Shown here one piece after another: positions 47,186-59,815 of a DNA stretch of 64,000 nucleotides; position 1 is the first letter of the stretch, and every line of letters begins with the position of its first letter. The notes beneath the pieces are model-generated. The model had not been told where the DNA came from. It did no database searches and saw only the letters and a program-made list of their open reading frames with translations. Origin of the DNA: Octopus sinensis (lineage: Eukaryota). The stretch spans positions 24,614,001-24,678,000 of the forward strand of contig NC_043007.1 in the NCBI RefSeq assembly GCF_006345805.1, read 5' to 3'. The position numbers and the translations under genes are program-made.

Positions 47186-49839
47186 AAGACAGTGCTCCAG
47201 AATGGTTACAGTCTGAAACAAGTGAAAGTTCACAAAGTTACGAATATGTTATTAAAGCCTTTTAAACTCTTGATTACTCTAAAAATTAATTGAAACACAT
47301 AAGCAGTCCTAATTAAAAAAAAGGAAATGTTTTCTCTCTTTCTCTCTCAGCTGAAGAGATGGTCCTGAGATGTTAGACTCCTCTTCTTTCCATGCCATAC
47401 AAATTTAATTCAAACTCACAAATCTCAATGTACAATACTTGCCGATGCTGACCACAAGCAATCTTCTCAGATTTTTGGTTTTACCCATGACAAATATAAA
47501 AGTTACAAAAGAGTTAACGGGTGATGGAAAACAACCAACTTAACAAAACAGTTCTTCCCTGAAACTATGTTGAATTATAAAACTAGCTAAAATCTAATCT
47601 CATGGCTATCATTAATGTATATAAGATTTCCAGCAGAGAATGCTGTCTAAATGTGAACACTTTAAAAATGGGTGGTGTCAAGTGGGCTAGTCACATTGGA
47701 ACAGATGGTGGTGGTGGCGATAGGAGAATTATTATTGATAGGGTAAAGTAGGTTTATTTAGGTCAGTGACGATGTACACACCCGACCTGATTTTCAAAAA
47801 CCGGGTCATCTTTGCTTAATGAATGATGAATGACCAGAATAAATGTACTTAATCCTTTCTTCACTGTATTTCTTATGAAATCATCATCATCATTTAATGT
47901 CTGTTTACCATGTTGGCATGGGTTGGACAGTTTGACAGGAGCACTGGCCAGCTGGAGATCTTCACCAGGCTCCGATTGCCTGTTTGGGCATGGTTTCTAT
48001 GGCTGGATGCTTTTTGTAATGCCAATTACTCTAAAGAATGTACTGGGTGCTTTTTATGTGGCACCAGCATGAGTGCTGAGTGCTTTATATGTGGCACTGG
48101 TGTTGGTACCTTCTATGTGGCACCAGCATACATACTTTTTATAGGGCACTAGGATGGGTACTTATTTATGTGGCACCACCAAGGGTATTTTGTTATGTGG
48201 CACCAAGGATGGATACATTTTTTTTATGGAGCACCACCATGGGTGCTTTTTATGTGGCACTGGTACAGGTGCATTTTACATGACATCAGCATGGCTGCTT
48301 CTTACGTGGCACTGGCTTGGGTACTAATTCATGTGAAACCAGCTCAAGTACTTTTTATGTAGCAGCAGCATAGGTGCATTTTACATGGGACCAGCACGGA
48401 TGGTTTCTATGTGACACTGGCACAGGGGCTTCTTATGTGGCACAGCCACAGGTATTTTTATATGGCATTAATTCTGAGAATAATAACAACTGGTGGTGAA
48501 TTGGCAGGATCATCAGAACATTGGATAAAAGACTTAGCGGAATTTAGTAACGGTCCTTTACATTCTGAGTTCGAATCATATCGAGGTCAACCATACCTCT
48601 TTATTCTTTGGAGTCGAGATGTGGCAACATTGCCAAGAGAGGATACATGTGGGATAGGAAAGATAATTTCAGGTTGTTACTGTTGATTATTAGCACCCAG
48701 GGTAACTGTTTGAGCAGCTACCATCCATCCATTTAGGGGTACCTAAGACAAAAGTTTTCCTGACCACTGCTATTTCTAGCAGGTCCAATAACCATATAGA
48801 GGCTCAAAATAACTTCAGCCTTTAACTCTATGCTAAACATAGTGTTACAAGCTTTGGCTGAAGAACTCACAGAAGAGATGGATGTTTGTCCTAAGTCACA
48901 TGGTCAAACTGACTTAAACTTAGTCTATTTTCATACAGTCATCTATAAATCTTAGGGATTAGATCTGGCTTCAGTGAGCTTTTATCAAGATGGATCAGCC
49001 AAAAGTATTCTTGAAGGTTTATCACTGGTACACAACATTGGTGCAGTGAGTGGCCAGTTTCAAGCAGTGGAGGACCAAACCCAATAACGAAATGGTCACT
49101 GGTGAGCTGATGAGGAAGACCCCTTTTTGTGGTGGCTTGATTTGGTAAAAATAGCAGCTAAATCCCCAACAAATCATATCCTACTGTCATAAAAAGAGAA
49201 AGACTGCACTGGACTGTGTAATATTGAATATGCGCAAAGACAGGCTGGTCATTGCTGGAATGTCTTTGATTGCATGGTTGCTCAAAGTGGGCTGTTTAAC
49301 AAAAACAGAATCAGTGATGAATGTAATATGTCAGTGGTGAGACTTGTGGCTAAAAGTATTCCAATGATAACCACCCCATCTTATATTCAGGCAGTTGATG
49401 TAGAATTACACTACCTAATATGTCCTTTTTTAAAGAGTAATATGGGGGAGATTTGTCTGTTATTTCTAGCATAATTAAACAAACACATAGGCACTTCCTC
49501 TTTGCATATTCAATAGTAATATATAGATGTGAGATATATCTTCCTCTGGATAGAATGCCAGCCTGTCTCAAATCATATTCTCAGATGATATGGTAAATTA
49601 TTTCTGAGTCGAGAAAATGTGGAATAAAATGTTTTTGCCTTCAAGAAAGAAAAAAATTTTTGATTTGGATTGAATTTCATAGCCTTTGGAGTTAAATATT
49701 ACATATCATAAATGCTGAGACATTTTTGTTGAGTAAGGGCTGTTAATGTTATCAGAAGTGAATACAGTGTGGAAGCTTGTTTGAAGAAAGATTTTGTTGT
49801 GGCATAGGGTTTCTTTCATTGGTTCAAGTGAAGGAGATA

Positions 49840-50280
49840 GATAGACAGAAAGAGATAGAAAAAGATAAATAAATAGATAGATAGACAGATATATATATAT
49901 ATAGAGAGAGAGAGAAGAAAGAGAGGGGTGAAAGATAGTGAGAGAGAGACAAGGAAAGAGTGATATGGTGGAGAAGTGAGAGAGAATTGAAGAAGAACGG
50001 GGAGTAGGAGGATAAAAGAAATATGGAGAGGATAGGAAAATGAAAGTGAAAGAACTAGAGAGGAAGAGCAATTTAGAAAGAGAGAGGAACAAGGAGAAAG
50101 TGTGAGAGAGACAAGGAAAGAGTGGTAAGGTGGAGAAGTGAGAAAGAGAAATGAGGAAGGACAGGGATTAGGTGGAGAAAAGAAATATAGAGAGAATAGG
50201 AAAAAGAAAATGAGAGAACTAGAGATGAAGAACAATAGAGAGAGAGAGATAAATAGAGAGGAGAGAGAGAGATTCTGTTA
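49840..50280. repeat. GA-rich tract with a diverged ~140 bp direct duplication
   Basis: GAGAGAGACAAGGAAAGAGTG..GAACTAGAGA at ~49943 and ~50103. Confidence 0.8.
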
Positions 50281-50454
50281 TGATGGGAAATGAAGGATTG
50301 GCTTGTCTGAGAAAAGAAGAAAATACTTGGTGAAAGAGAAGCATATAAGAATGGATATGCCAATGAAGAGATTTCGGTTGGTTTCTTGCCAAAGTTAGAA
50401 AATAATTCCAGATTACGTAAATGATTCTGTGAGAAATCAAAGAGCAAAAATTAC

Positions 50455-50659
50455 TTGTAAAAACTTGAGACGTTCTAAGAAATCTTGCATGTAGCTGCCG
50501 AGTGGCTTCAAGGACGGATATGACCGTTTTGCCCATAGAGCTGGCACCTTGCCCAGTAGTAAGCTGTTGGCCAAAGCTTCCAAGTCTGCTGACATCACAA
50601 CCAAACCTTTGATGGCTTTCTGTAGACTTAGAAGACTTGAGCGGATAATTTGCATAAGC
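50455..50659 (-). CDS. DNAH12: Axonemal dynein heavy chain exon
   Basis: (K)[68 protein letters not shown]; TTACAG acceptor, GTAATT donor; 205 nt. Confidence 0.95.
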
Positions 50660-50916
50660 CTGTAATTGTAAGGAAATGATAATGAAATTAATGAAACACA
50701 CACACAACAACAACAACAACAACAAAGTAACAAACAGACGGATTAATGAGTGGATTTGCAAAAATCACTGGATTTAGGGATTAAATACAACCAAATAAAG
50801 AAAAATGGATTTAAAGAAAAACAAAGCATGAAGTAAAATAATTTACAAATGGAAAATGGACAAGAAAACTCATGTGACTTTTCTCTTTAAAAGTATTTAT
50901 CATTGTTCTTTGTGAA

Positions 50917-51705
50917 GGCGGCGAGCTGGCAGAAACGTTGGCACGCCGGGTGAAATGCTTAGCAGTATTTCGTCTGCCGCTACGTTCTGAGTTCAAATTC
51001 CGCCGAGGTCGACTTTGCCTTTCCTCCTTTCGGAGTTGATTACATAAGTACCAGTTATGCACTGGGGTCAATATAATCGACTGAAAATCCATTTGTCTGT
51101 CCTTGTTTGTCCTCTCTGTGTTTAGCCCCTTGTGGGTAGTAAAGAAATAGGTATTTCGTCTGTCGCTACGTTCTGAGTTCAAATTCCGCCGAGGTCGACT
51201 TTGCCTTTCATCCTTTCGGAGTCGATTACATAAGTACCAGTTATGCACTGGGGTCAATATAATCGACTGAAAATCCATTTGTCTGTCCTTGTTTGTCCTC
51301 TCTGTGTTTAGCCCCTTGTGGGTAGTAAAGAAATAGGTATTTCATCTGCCGCTATGTTCTGAGTTCAAATTCTGCTGAGGTCGACTTTGCCTTTCATCCT
51401 TTCGGAGTCGATTACATAAGTACCAGTTATGCACTGGGGTCAATATAATCGACTGAAAATCCATTTGTCTGTCCTTGTTTGTCCTCTCTGTGTTTAGCCC
51501 CTTGTGGGTAGTAAAGAAATAGGTATTTCATCTGCCGCTACGTTCTGAGTTCAAATTCCGCCGAGGTCGACTTTGCCTTTCATCCTTTCGGAGTCGATTA
51601 CATAAGTACCAGTTATGCACTGGGGTCAATATAATCGACTGAAAATCCATTTGTCGTGCTGGTTTGTCCTCTTTGTGTTTAGCCCCTTGTGGGTAGTAAA
51701 GAAAT
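50917..51705 (+). mobile_element. SINE family B tetramer (1 full + 3 head-truncated 186 bp units) inside one TSD
   Basis: Junction AAAGAAATAG|GTATTTC at 51151, 51337 and 51523; TSD AAGTATTTATCATTGTT(T)CTTTGT at 50891 and 51706. Confidence 0.9.
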
Positions 51706-53972
51706 AAGTATTTATCATTGTTTCTTTGTCAGTTTTTTCCATGCTGGCATGGGTTAGATACAAATTCATAAAGCAGTGTAGTACTCAGTGGTTGGATGCT
51801 CTTCCTGACGCCAACAACTTAAATCAATTTCTTTTGGTCAAGTAATGTGCTTTATTTGATTTACCTTAGCATGTTGAATTGAGGGACATAAACAAACATC
51901 ACTACTGTGTAAGTAGTGTTGATATGAAGACATATATGCACACACATGCACATAGGTGTAGGTTGTGTGGTTAAGATGTTTGCTTCACAACCCCATGGTC
52001 TTGGGTTCAATCTCACTTTGTGACGCCATACAATACAGAGCACCAAGCCAACCAATGCCTTAAGAGTGATTTGACTGATGGAAACTGCAGGAATCCTATT
52101 GTATGTATGTGTGTCCCCATCCATGAATGTTAATATCCTGTGGTTTTGCTAGAGTGAATCTGTCATGTTTAGCTTCCTTGTTGGCATTATGACCATTCAC
52201 TCTGTGCTTATTCAAAATCTTCTGCTTCAATAAGAAACCTCTTATTCAAAACTTCTTACATGTAAAACATTTAAGGGCTGGTGACAGAAAGAACAACTGG
52301 GGTGTAAAACCCTGCCTCAAATACACCCCTCAAATACAGCCAAGAAATGATGATGATGATGATGATGATTAGCCAGAAAAATCCACGATGTACTCAGTGT
52401 GTGATACCTGAACCACGATATGGCGAGTGGTTACTGTATACATTTTTTTTTTATCAGAATGTGGTTTTGGAGGGTTTTATTTTGGAAGATTTCAACTACA
52501 GACTCTACTCAGAAAACACAGATCTATTTGTTGTGATATCTTATACCTATATCCTTTTCCTTCTGCTGTTTTCTACCAATGGTTTCTCTTTATTGGCTTT
52601 GTCTGTTGTCTCTTTTGCTATTAGTCTGTCTTACCAAATTTGATGACAGGCACTCGTGCCAGTGGAGTGCTAACAGATCCATCCGAGCGGGATCACTGCC
52701 AGAGCAGTTGTCTGGCTTCCGTGCTGGTGGGCACGTAAAAAGCACCATCTGAGCGTGATCCTACCAGCGTTGCTTTACTGGCACATGAACAAAACATTCG
52801 AGGGAGGTCGTTGCCAGTGCCACTGGACTGACTCCTGTGGCTAGGTGGCATGTAAAAAACACCATTTTCAGCGTGGCCATTGCCAGTAACGCCAGACTGG
52901 CCCTCATGCCGGTGGCACGTAAAAGCACCCACTACACTCTCAGAGTGGTTGGCGTTAGGAAGGGCATCCGGCTGTAGAAACTCTGCCAGATCAAGATTGG
53001 AGCCTGGCGCAGCCATCTGGTTCACCACTCCTCAGTCAAATCGTCCAACCCATGCTAGCATGGAAAGTGGACGTTAAACGGTGATGATGATGGTGATGAT
53101 ATCTTTACAGACAGACTCTGACACTTTTACCCTCATTCTTCTTTTTTTCTTTTTCACTGTTACTAAACCAATTACGAGAGGTGGGAAGGGAGGGCGTAAG
53201 TTGATTACATCAACCCCAGTGTGTAGCTGGTATTTGTTTCATCAATTCCAAAAGAATGAAAGGCAAAGCGATCCTCAGTGGAAAGGAAACTGGGAACATA
53301 AAATGCTAGAAGAAATTCCACTGCGCTAATGATTTTCTCCACCTTGTCTTAAATAAAGAAGTGAAATTTAATCAGTGCATGTGTTTATCAAACTCACTAC
53401 CACATGAGTGTAATCTGATGCTCTAACCACTGAGCCATGCGCTTTAATATAAAAATACATACGCACACACACATGTATGTATGTATGTATGCCATTATTC
53501 TGTTTATTTCAAGATTTCTTGCCAATAAAGAAAGAACTGGTTTTTAACCTAGATCCAAGGCTCCTTTTTTGGAATTTCAACATCAACAACAGGGTATTTT
53601 TGTATGTATGTATGTATTCTCATGCATATAGTTGTATGTATGTATGTATGTATGTTTGTATCTTTGTATGCAAAGCAATATATAATTTAGTAATAGAAAT
53701 GTATGCATAATCTGAAATAAAATTTTTTCTAGAGTGTGTATTTATATATACATATATATATATACACACACACGTATGTATATGTGAGTGTGTGTGTGTG
53801 TGTGTGTGTATGTGTAGTCTATATAAAATCTAATCTAACATTTTTCGAAGGAAGTAGGAGTGAAATGATAGTGAAGGCAACAGAGACAGAGATGTTATCT
53901 TTTAGTCGCTGTACGTTGTTGATTATTAATATTTTAGTAAATATAACAATGGTTTCACGTGCTCAAACATAC

Positions 53973-54076
53973 TTATTGAATCTTTCCATCTCTTGTACAA
54001 GAACGGTATTCATACTTTCTTGGTAGACAACAGGATATTTCTTTATACCTTCTTCGATGTTGTAGTTTTGGGGCAA
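53973..54076 (-). CDS. DNAH12: Axonemal dynein heavy chain exon
   Basis: [34 protein letters not shown]+AA; TTTCAG acceptor, GTATGT donor; 104 nt, phase fits both neighbours. Not in the ORF track. Confidence 0.95.
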
Positions 54077-54354
54077 CTGAAATTATCAATGAAATCTGTT
54101 AATGTGATATTTAAACGTATCAAGCAGAAACCAATAGAAAAATCTCTGAAAATTGCTAAAAAAAATAAATAAATAAAAGTTATATAGTAAATTTGTCTGC
54201 AAAATAAAATTATTAAAACCTAATATCTTTTACATCTCTGTATTTGGCAAGATTCTTGATATGAACTTGTCTGTTCAAACTATTTTATTGTATCTTGGGA
54301 AGGTCATCATACCAATGAATACATGCACTGATTAAATTTCACTTCTTTATTTAA

Positions 54355-55051
54355 CCCTTTAGCATTCAGATTACTCTGCTAAATGTAATGCTTGTTTATT
54401 CATATTGTTTTGTAATAATCATGCATTCTCTTATAGCTTTGAGGTTTCAATGAGGTGATTGTTTCAGAATCTCAATCAAATTGGAATCAAAATGGAAATT
54501 GTAGTTGTGGCCGATGCCAGTGTCACCTGACTGGCTCCCGTGCTGGTGGAATGCAATAAGCACCATTCATGCGTGGGTCGATGCCAGTGCCACCAGACTG
54601 GCTCGCCATGCTGGTGTTGGTGTGTTTATGCCCCCATACATTTGTGGTTCAACAAAAGAGACCAATAGAGTAGACCAATAGCACCATCTGAATGTGGTTG
54701 ATGCCAGCCCCTCATCACCCTGATTGGCTTCTGTGGCAGTAGCATGTAAAAAGCACCATCCGAATGTGGCCGATGCCAGTGACGCCTGACTGGCTCCTGT
54801 GCTGGTGGCACACAAAAAGCATCCACTATATTCTCAGAGTGGTTTGCATTAGGAAGGGCAGTTATAGAAACCTTGCCAGATCAGATTGGAGCCTGGTTTG
54901 CCAGTCCCCAGTCAAACCCATGCCAGCATGGGAAATAGATGTTAAACGATGATGATGGTCAGGTAGGAGTGAGAGGCTACACATAGCTAGTTTGAATGTC
55001 AAGATGAGTAGAATAATTGGGCTGAATATGGCTGGTTTAATTGCTAAGGGG
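54355..55051. mobile_element. piggyBac-like MITE interrupted by an RTE 3' fragment (54470-54958)
   Basis: TTAA|CCCTTTAGCATT...TTGCTAAGGGG|TTAA; both halves align to 22498-22718. Confidence 0.8.
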
Positions 55052-55052
55052 T

Positions 55053-55620
55053 TAAGGCAACGAGGTGGAAGAATCACTGATGCATCAGACTAAATGCTTA
55101 GTGGCATGTCTTCAAGCACTTTATGTTCTGAATTTTCTTTCCACCGAGGTTCACTTTGCCTTTCATCCTTTCGGGGTTCATAAAATATTCATTTCTTTAT
55201 TGCCCACAGGAGGCTAAACATAAAAGGGACAAACGACCCCAGTGTGTAACTGGTACTTATTTAATCGACCCCGAAAAGGATGAAAGGCAAAGTTAACCTC
55301 GGCGGAATTTGAACTCAGAACGTAGCGGCTGACAAAATACCTATTTCTTTACTACCCACAAGGGGCTAAACACAGAGAGGACAAATAAGGACAGACAAAC
55401 GGATTAAGTCAATTATATCGACCCCAGTGCGTAACTGGTACTTAATTTATCGACCCCGAAAGAATGAAAGGAAAAGTCAACCTCGGCAGAATTTGAACTC
55501 AAAACGTAGCGGCTGACAAAATACCGATAAGCATTTCGCCTGGCGTGTTAATGATTCTGCCAGCTCGCCGCCTTAGGGTTGATAAAATAAGTACCAGTTG
55601 AGTACTGGGGTCGATGGTGT
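55053..55620. mobile_element. SINE family B copy (+) with an antisense family B dimer inserted
   Basis: Plus-strand head to ~55190 resumes at ~55575; duplicated GGGTT(C/G)ATAAAATA on both sides of the minus-strand dimer. Confidence 0.75.
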
Positions 55621-57701
55621 AACCAACTTACTCCCTTCTCATGAAACTATTGGCCTTGATCCAAAATATCAAATCATTATTTAACTAATTAACTAACTGA
55701 TTATTTGATTAATCAATCAGTCAACTAATCAGTTACAATCTGGAGCAAAGAGGGCATGTTACTAATGTGGTTGTCAATGGCAATGAAAGGACTCTGATGA
55801 GCTTAGCTGATTCACTGATTGATTGATTTACTAAATGATTAATCATGCAATTGATAAGCTAATTGGTTAAATGGTTAACTAATTAACTATAGATGCAGGT
55901 GTGGTTGTGTGGTAAAAAGCTTGCTTCCCAACCACGTGTTTGGTTCAGTCCCACTGCATGGCACCTTGGGCAAGTGCATTCTACAATAGCCCCAGGTAGA
56001 TCAAAGCCTTGTGAGTGGATTTGGTAGACAGAAATTGAAAGAAGCCCATCATATCTGTGTGTGCGTGTGTCTTTGTGTCTGCGTTTGTTCTCCACCACGT
56101 TACAACTTGCTGGGGCTGCCTGCTGGAGATTAGCGGCAAGTATTTAAAGGGAAAAAATTTGACAAGTCAGTCAGTAACTGGCTGACACTCGCTGACGATA
56201 CATCGAAGAGGCCAGGGAACAGAAGAAAGAAGACATGCACCCAACACCAGAGCTGAAGACTCCTCCAAAAGGGGGGGGCCCCGCCACGTCAAACTGGTAG
56301 AGGAGTAGGGGCCGAAACCGGATGTGGTTCCTCCTGATGATATCTTGAGCTAACTGGATCCTATAAAGGAGCTGTTGTGGTAGCAGACCACGAAACACGG
56401 TTGTAATTCCTCTTTGACAACTGGCGTTGGTGTGTTTATGCCCCCATACATTTGTGGTTCGACAAAAGAGACCAATAGAGTAAGAACCAGGATTTACAAA
56501 ACTAATTTTGGGGTCAATACAGTTGACAAAAAATTCTTCAAGGCTGTTTGCCAGCAAAGCCACAGTCTAATGATTGAAACAAGTAAAAGAAAAGATAAAG
56601 AATAGTTGACAATTGAATAATAAACAAGTGAAATAGAACCAGTGCAAGTGTTCATTATTGCATAATGACCCTCCCAAAACACAGCTAAATATTTTATATC
56701 TTATATAAAACTTATAACAACAAAAACAACAGCAGCAGCACAAATAGCAACAAAACAATAACAGCAACAACAACAGTTATAACATCTCTTGTTGGCCATA
56801 AGAGCAGAAAACAATGGGGTGAGTAGAAAGATAGTCATAAGTGAGTATGGAAGAGCCTTGTTGAGAATATTCCAGATTATACTGTACAGATTATTCCCTT
56901 GGATCAGGAATCTCCTGATGGAACATTGCAGAGATGCTGAATTTTTATCTCTATATCTAAAACTGTACGTATACTGAGTAAACAATCTCTTGAAGCCTTT
57001 GGCCGAATGTCTTTACTCTTTTACTTGTTTCAGTAATTTGACTGCGGCCCTGCTGGAGCACCGCCTTTAGTCGAGCAAATCGCCCCCAGGACTTATTCTT
57101 TGTAAGCCTAGTACTTAATCTATCGGTCTCTTTTGCCGAACTGCTAAGTTACGGGGACATAAACACACCAGTATCGGTTGTCAAGCGATGTTGGGGGGAC
57201 AAACACTGACACACAAACATACACACACATATACATATATACGATGGGCTTCATTCAGTTTCTGTCTACCAAATTCACTCACAAGCCTTTGGTTGGCCCG
57301 ATGCTATAGTAGAAGACACTTGTCCAATGTGCCACACATTAGGACTGAACCCGGAACCATGTAGTTGGTAAGCAAGCTACTTACCACACAGCCACTCCTA
57401 CGCCTACAGCATAAACTAAAATGACTAAGAATAAGCTTTACATATCATCCAATGCCAATCAGCCTTATTCAGAGTCTGTAACCGCCTCATCACTCAGTGT
57501 CAAAGTGTCGGAATGATCGGACATGGCTTTTATATCTGTAAAACTTTTAGTAATGCAAATCTGAGAGTCAACCTGTTAATACAAATATTTATTGTGTTGA
57601 ATGCTCTTTCCTTTTATTTGTACATTTGTCTTTCAGTCTGTCTATGTAAATATCAACGTACCTCTCTTTCATTGTGTGTGTGTGTATAGATATATATATA
57701 T

Positions 57702-57931
57702 ATCATTATCGCCATCGTTTAACGTCCGCTTTCCATGCCAGCATGGGTTGGACAATTTGACTGAGGGCCGGCGAACTAGATGGCTTCAATCTTGATCCAG
57801 CTGTAGAAACTCTGCCAGATCAAGATTGAAGCCTGGTGCAGCCATCTGGTTCGCCAGCCCTCAGTCAAATCGTCCAACCCATGCTAGTATGGAAAGCGGA
57901 CGTTAAACGATGATGATGATGATGATAATGA
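57702..57931. mobile_element. Head-to-head pair of RTE 3' ends with tails at both outer ends
   Basis: 57702-57796 is the reverse complement of 57819-57931 (one 10 nt indel); 22 nt spacer. Confidence 0.88.
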
Positions 57932-58383
57932 TATATATATATATATATATGAAGTATATGATTTAACTTATAGAACAAAATTCAACAAATTCTCTCTTTT
58001 ACTCGTTTCAGTCATTTGACTGCGGCCATGCTGGAGCACCGCCTTTAATCGAGCAACTCAACCCCGGGACTTATTCTTTTTGTAAGCCCAGTACTTATTC
58101 TATCGGTCTCTTTTTGCCGAACCGCTAAGTAACGGGGACATAAACACACCAGCATTAGTAAGCAATGCTAGAGGGACAAACACAGACACACAAACACACA
58201 CACGCATATATTAATATATACATATATACGACGGGCTTCTTTCAGTTTCCGTCTACCAAATCCACTCACAAGGCTTTGGTCGGCCCGAGGCTATAGTAGA
58301 AGACACTTGCCCAAGGTGCCACACAGTGGGACTGAACCCAGAACCATGTGGTTGGTAAACAAGCTACTTACCACACAGCCACA

Positions 58384-58807
58384 TATTTTTCGTAAAGGAG
58401 GAGATTAGATGTTAATATAGATTGAAATTATTTTTATCCATGTAGCTTTATGATCGTTTCATACAGGAAGACAATAAATATTCATTTTAAGAATCTGGGT
58501 CGTCAAAAGGTATTCATCAGTAGCAAAAACTACAGAAAGTGAAAAAAAAAAGCTAAAAAGGCATTAGAATTACATAGGTATGGTGTTTGTAATGTGTAAT
58601 TGTTCTTAGAGTCATGTCTTTAAATAGACATGATGTCTTTTTAGCTTTTCTTTTTCTTTTTTTGGATTTCCTTAATTTTTGCTACTCACGAATATTTTTT
58701 GACAACCATGATTCTTAAAGTGAATTTATTGTCTTTCTGTATAGCTACATGAATAAAAATAATTTCATTCCATATCAACATCTGATCTCCTCTATTTACG
58801 AAAAATA
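58384..58807. mobile_element. Foldback MITE with ~180 bp imperfect TIRs
   Basis: TATTTTTCGTAAA..GAGGAGATTAGATGTT..GAAATTATTTTTAT..AAGACAATAAAT..AGTAGCAAAAA..AGCTAAAAAG is mirrored at 58640-58807. Confidence 0.82.
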
Positions 58808-59554
58808 GGATTGAATTTGTTGATCTTTGTTTTCTAAGTTAATTCATATACTTAATATACTTATATAAATTTTCATATCTTTTCTAATTCATACCAGTAA
58901 ATTAAAGTAAAGGAAGAAGAAACAACGTTAGAAATCTTTTGGAAACTACTCCAATTAAGGGACAAATTCACATTCAATCCTTTTATATATATATATGTGT
59001 GTGTATATATATATATATATATATTATATCAAAATAAGCAATAAGGTTATCCAGAGGTAATGCAGTACGATTGTTTCAAGCAACTCCATTTAATTGAACA
59101 ATGCAATCATTACATCAATTTAAATGCAGAGCAATCCTCAGCTGCATAAAGACACAGAGTTAAATTAAAACAGATGGACACATTAGTATAATTTTACCTA
59201 AAACCTCCAAGAAGGTAAGGAGATAGACAAAGAACATGCTGTCTTCACTTCAGCTTAGAAGCTACTAAGGTATCAGGAAGAAAGACTTATTAGAGATCTA
59301 ACTTGTCACTGTTTTCTGGAGTCAGTTTTAATTTATAGTCTTGTTTATCAAATCTTTGTATATCAAAATCTAAGGCCAAAGAACAAGGAGCAGTGTCTGT
59401 TAGGAAGGGGGCTGAGGGAGTTGACAGAAATCATAGTAGGAATAGCCATAAAACTATCAAGATTAATTTGAAACAATATAATGAGATTTGGCAAAGGAAA
59501 TCTTAAATCAAGATTTTAGCTGACAATTAAAGGGACAAGCCACTAGTAGACCAT

Positions 59555-59573
59555 TGATATATATATGTATATA

Positions 59574-59607
<34 letters not shown>

Positions 59608-59619
59608 CATATATATATG

Positions 59620-59654
<35 letters not shown>

Positions 59655-59671
59655 GTATATATATATGTATA

Positions 59672-59724
<53 letters not shown>

Positions 59725-59763
59725 ATATATATATGTGTGTGTATATATATATATATGTGTGTG

Positions 59764-59810
<47 letters not shown>

Positions 59811-59815
59811 TATAT
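59555..59815. repeat. (AT)n microsatellite
   Basis: Read directly from the sequence. Confidence 0.97.
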
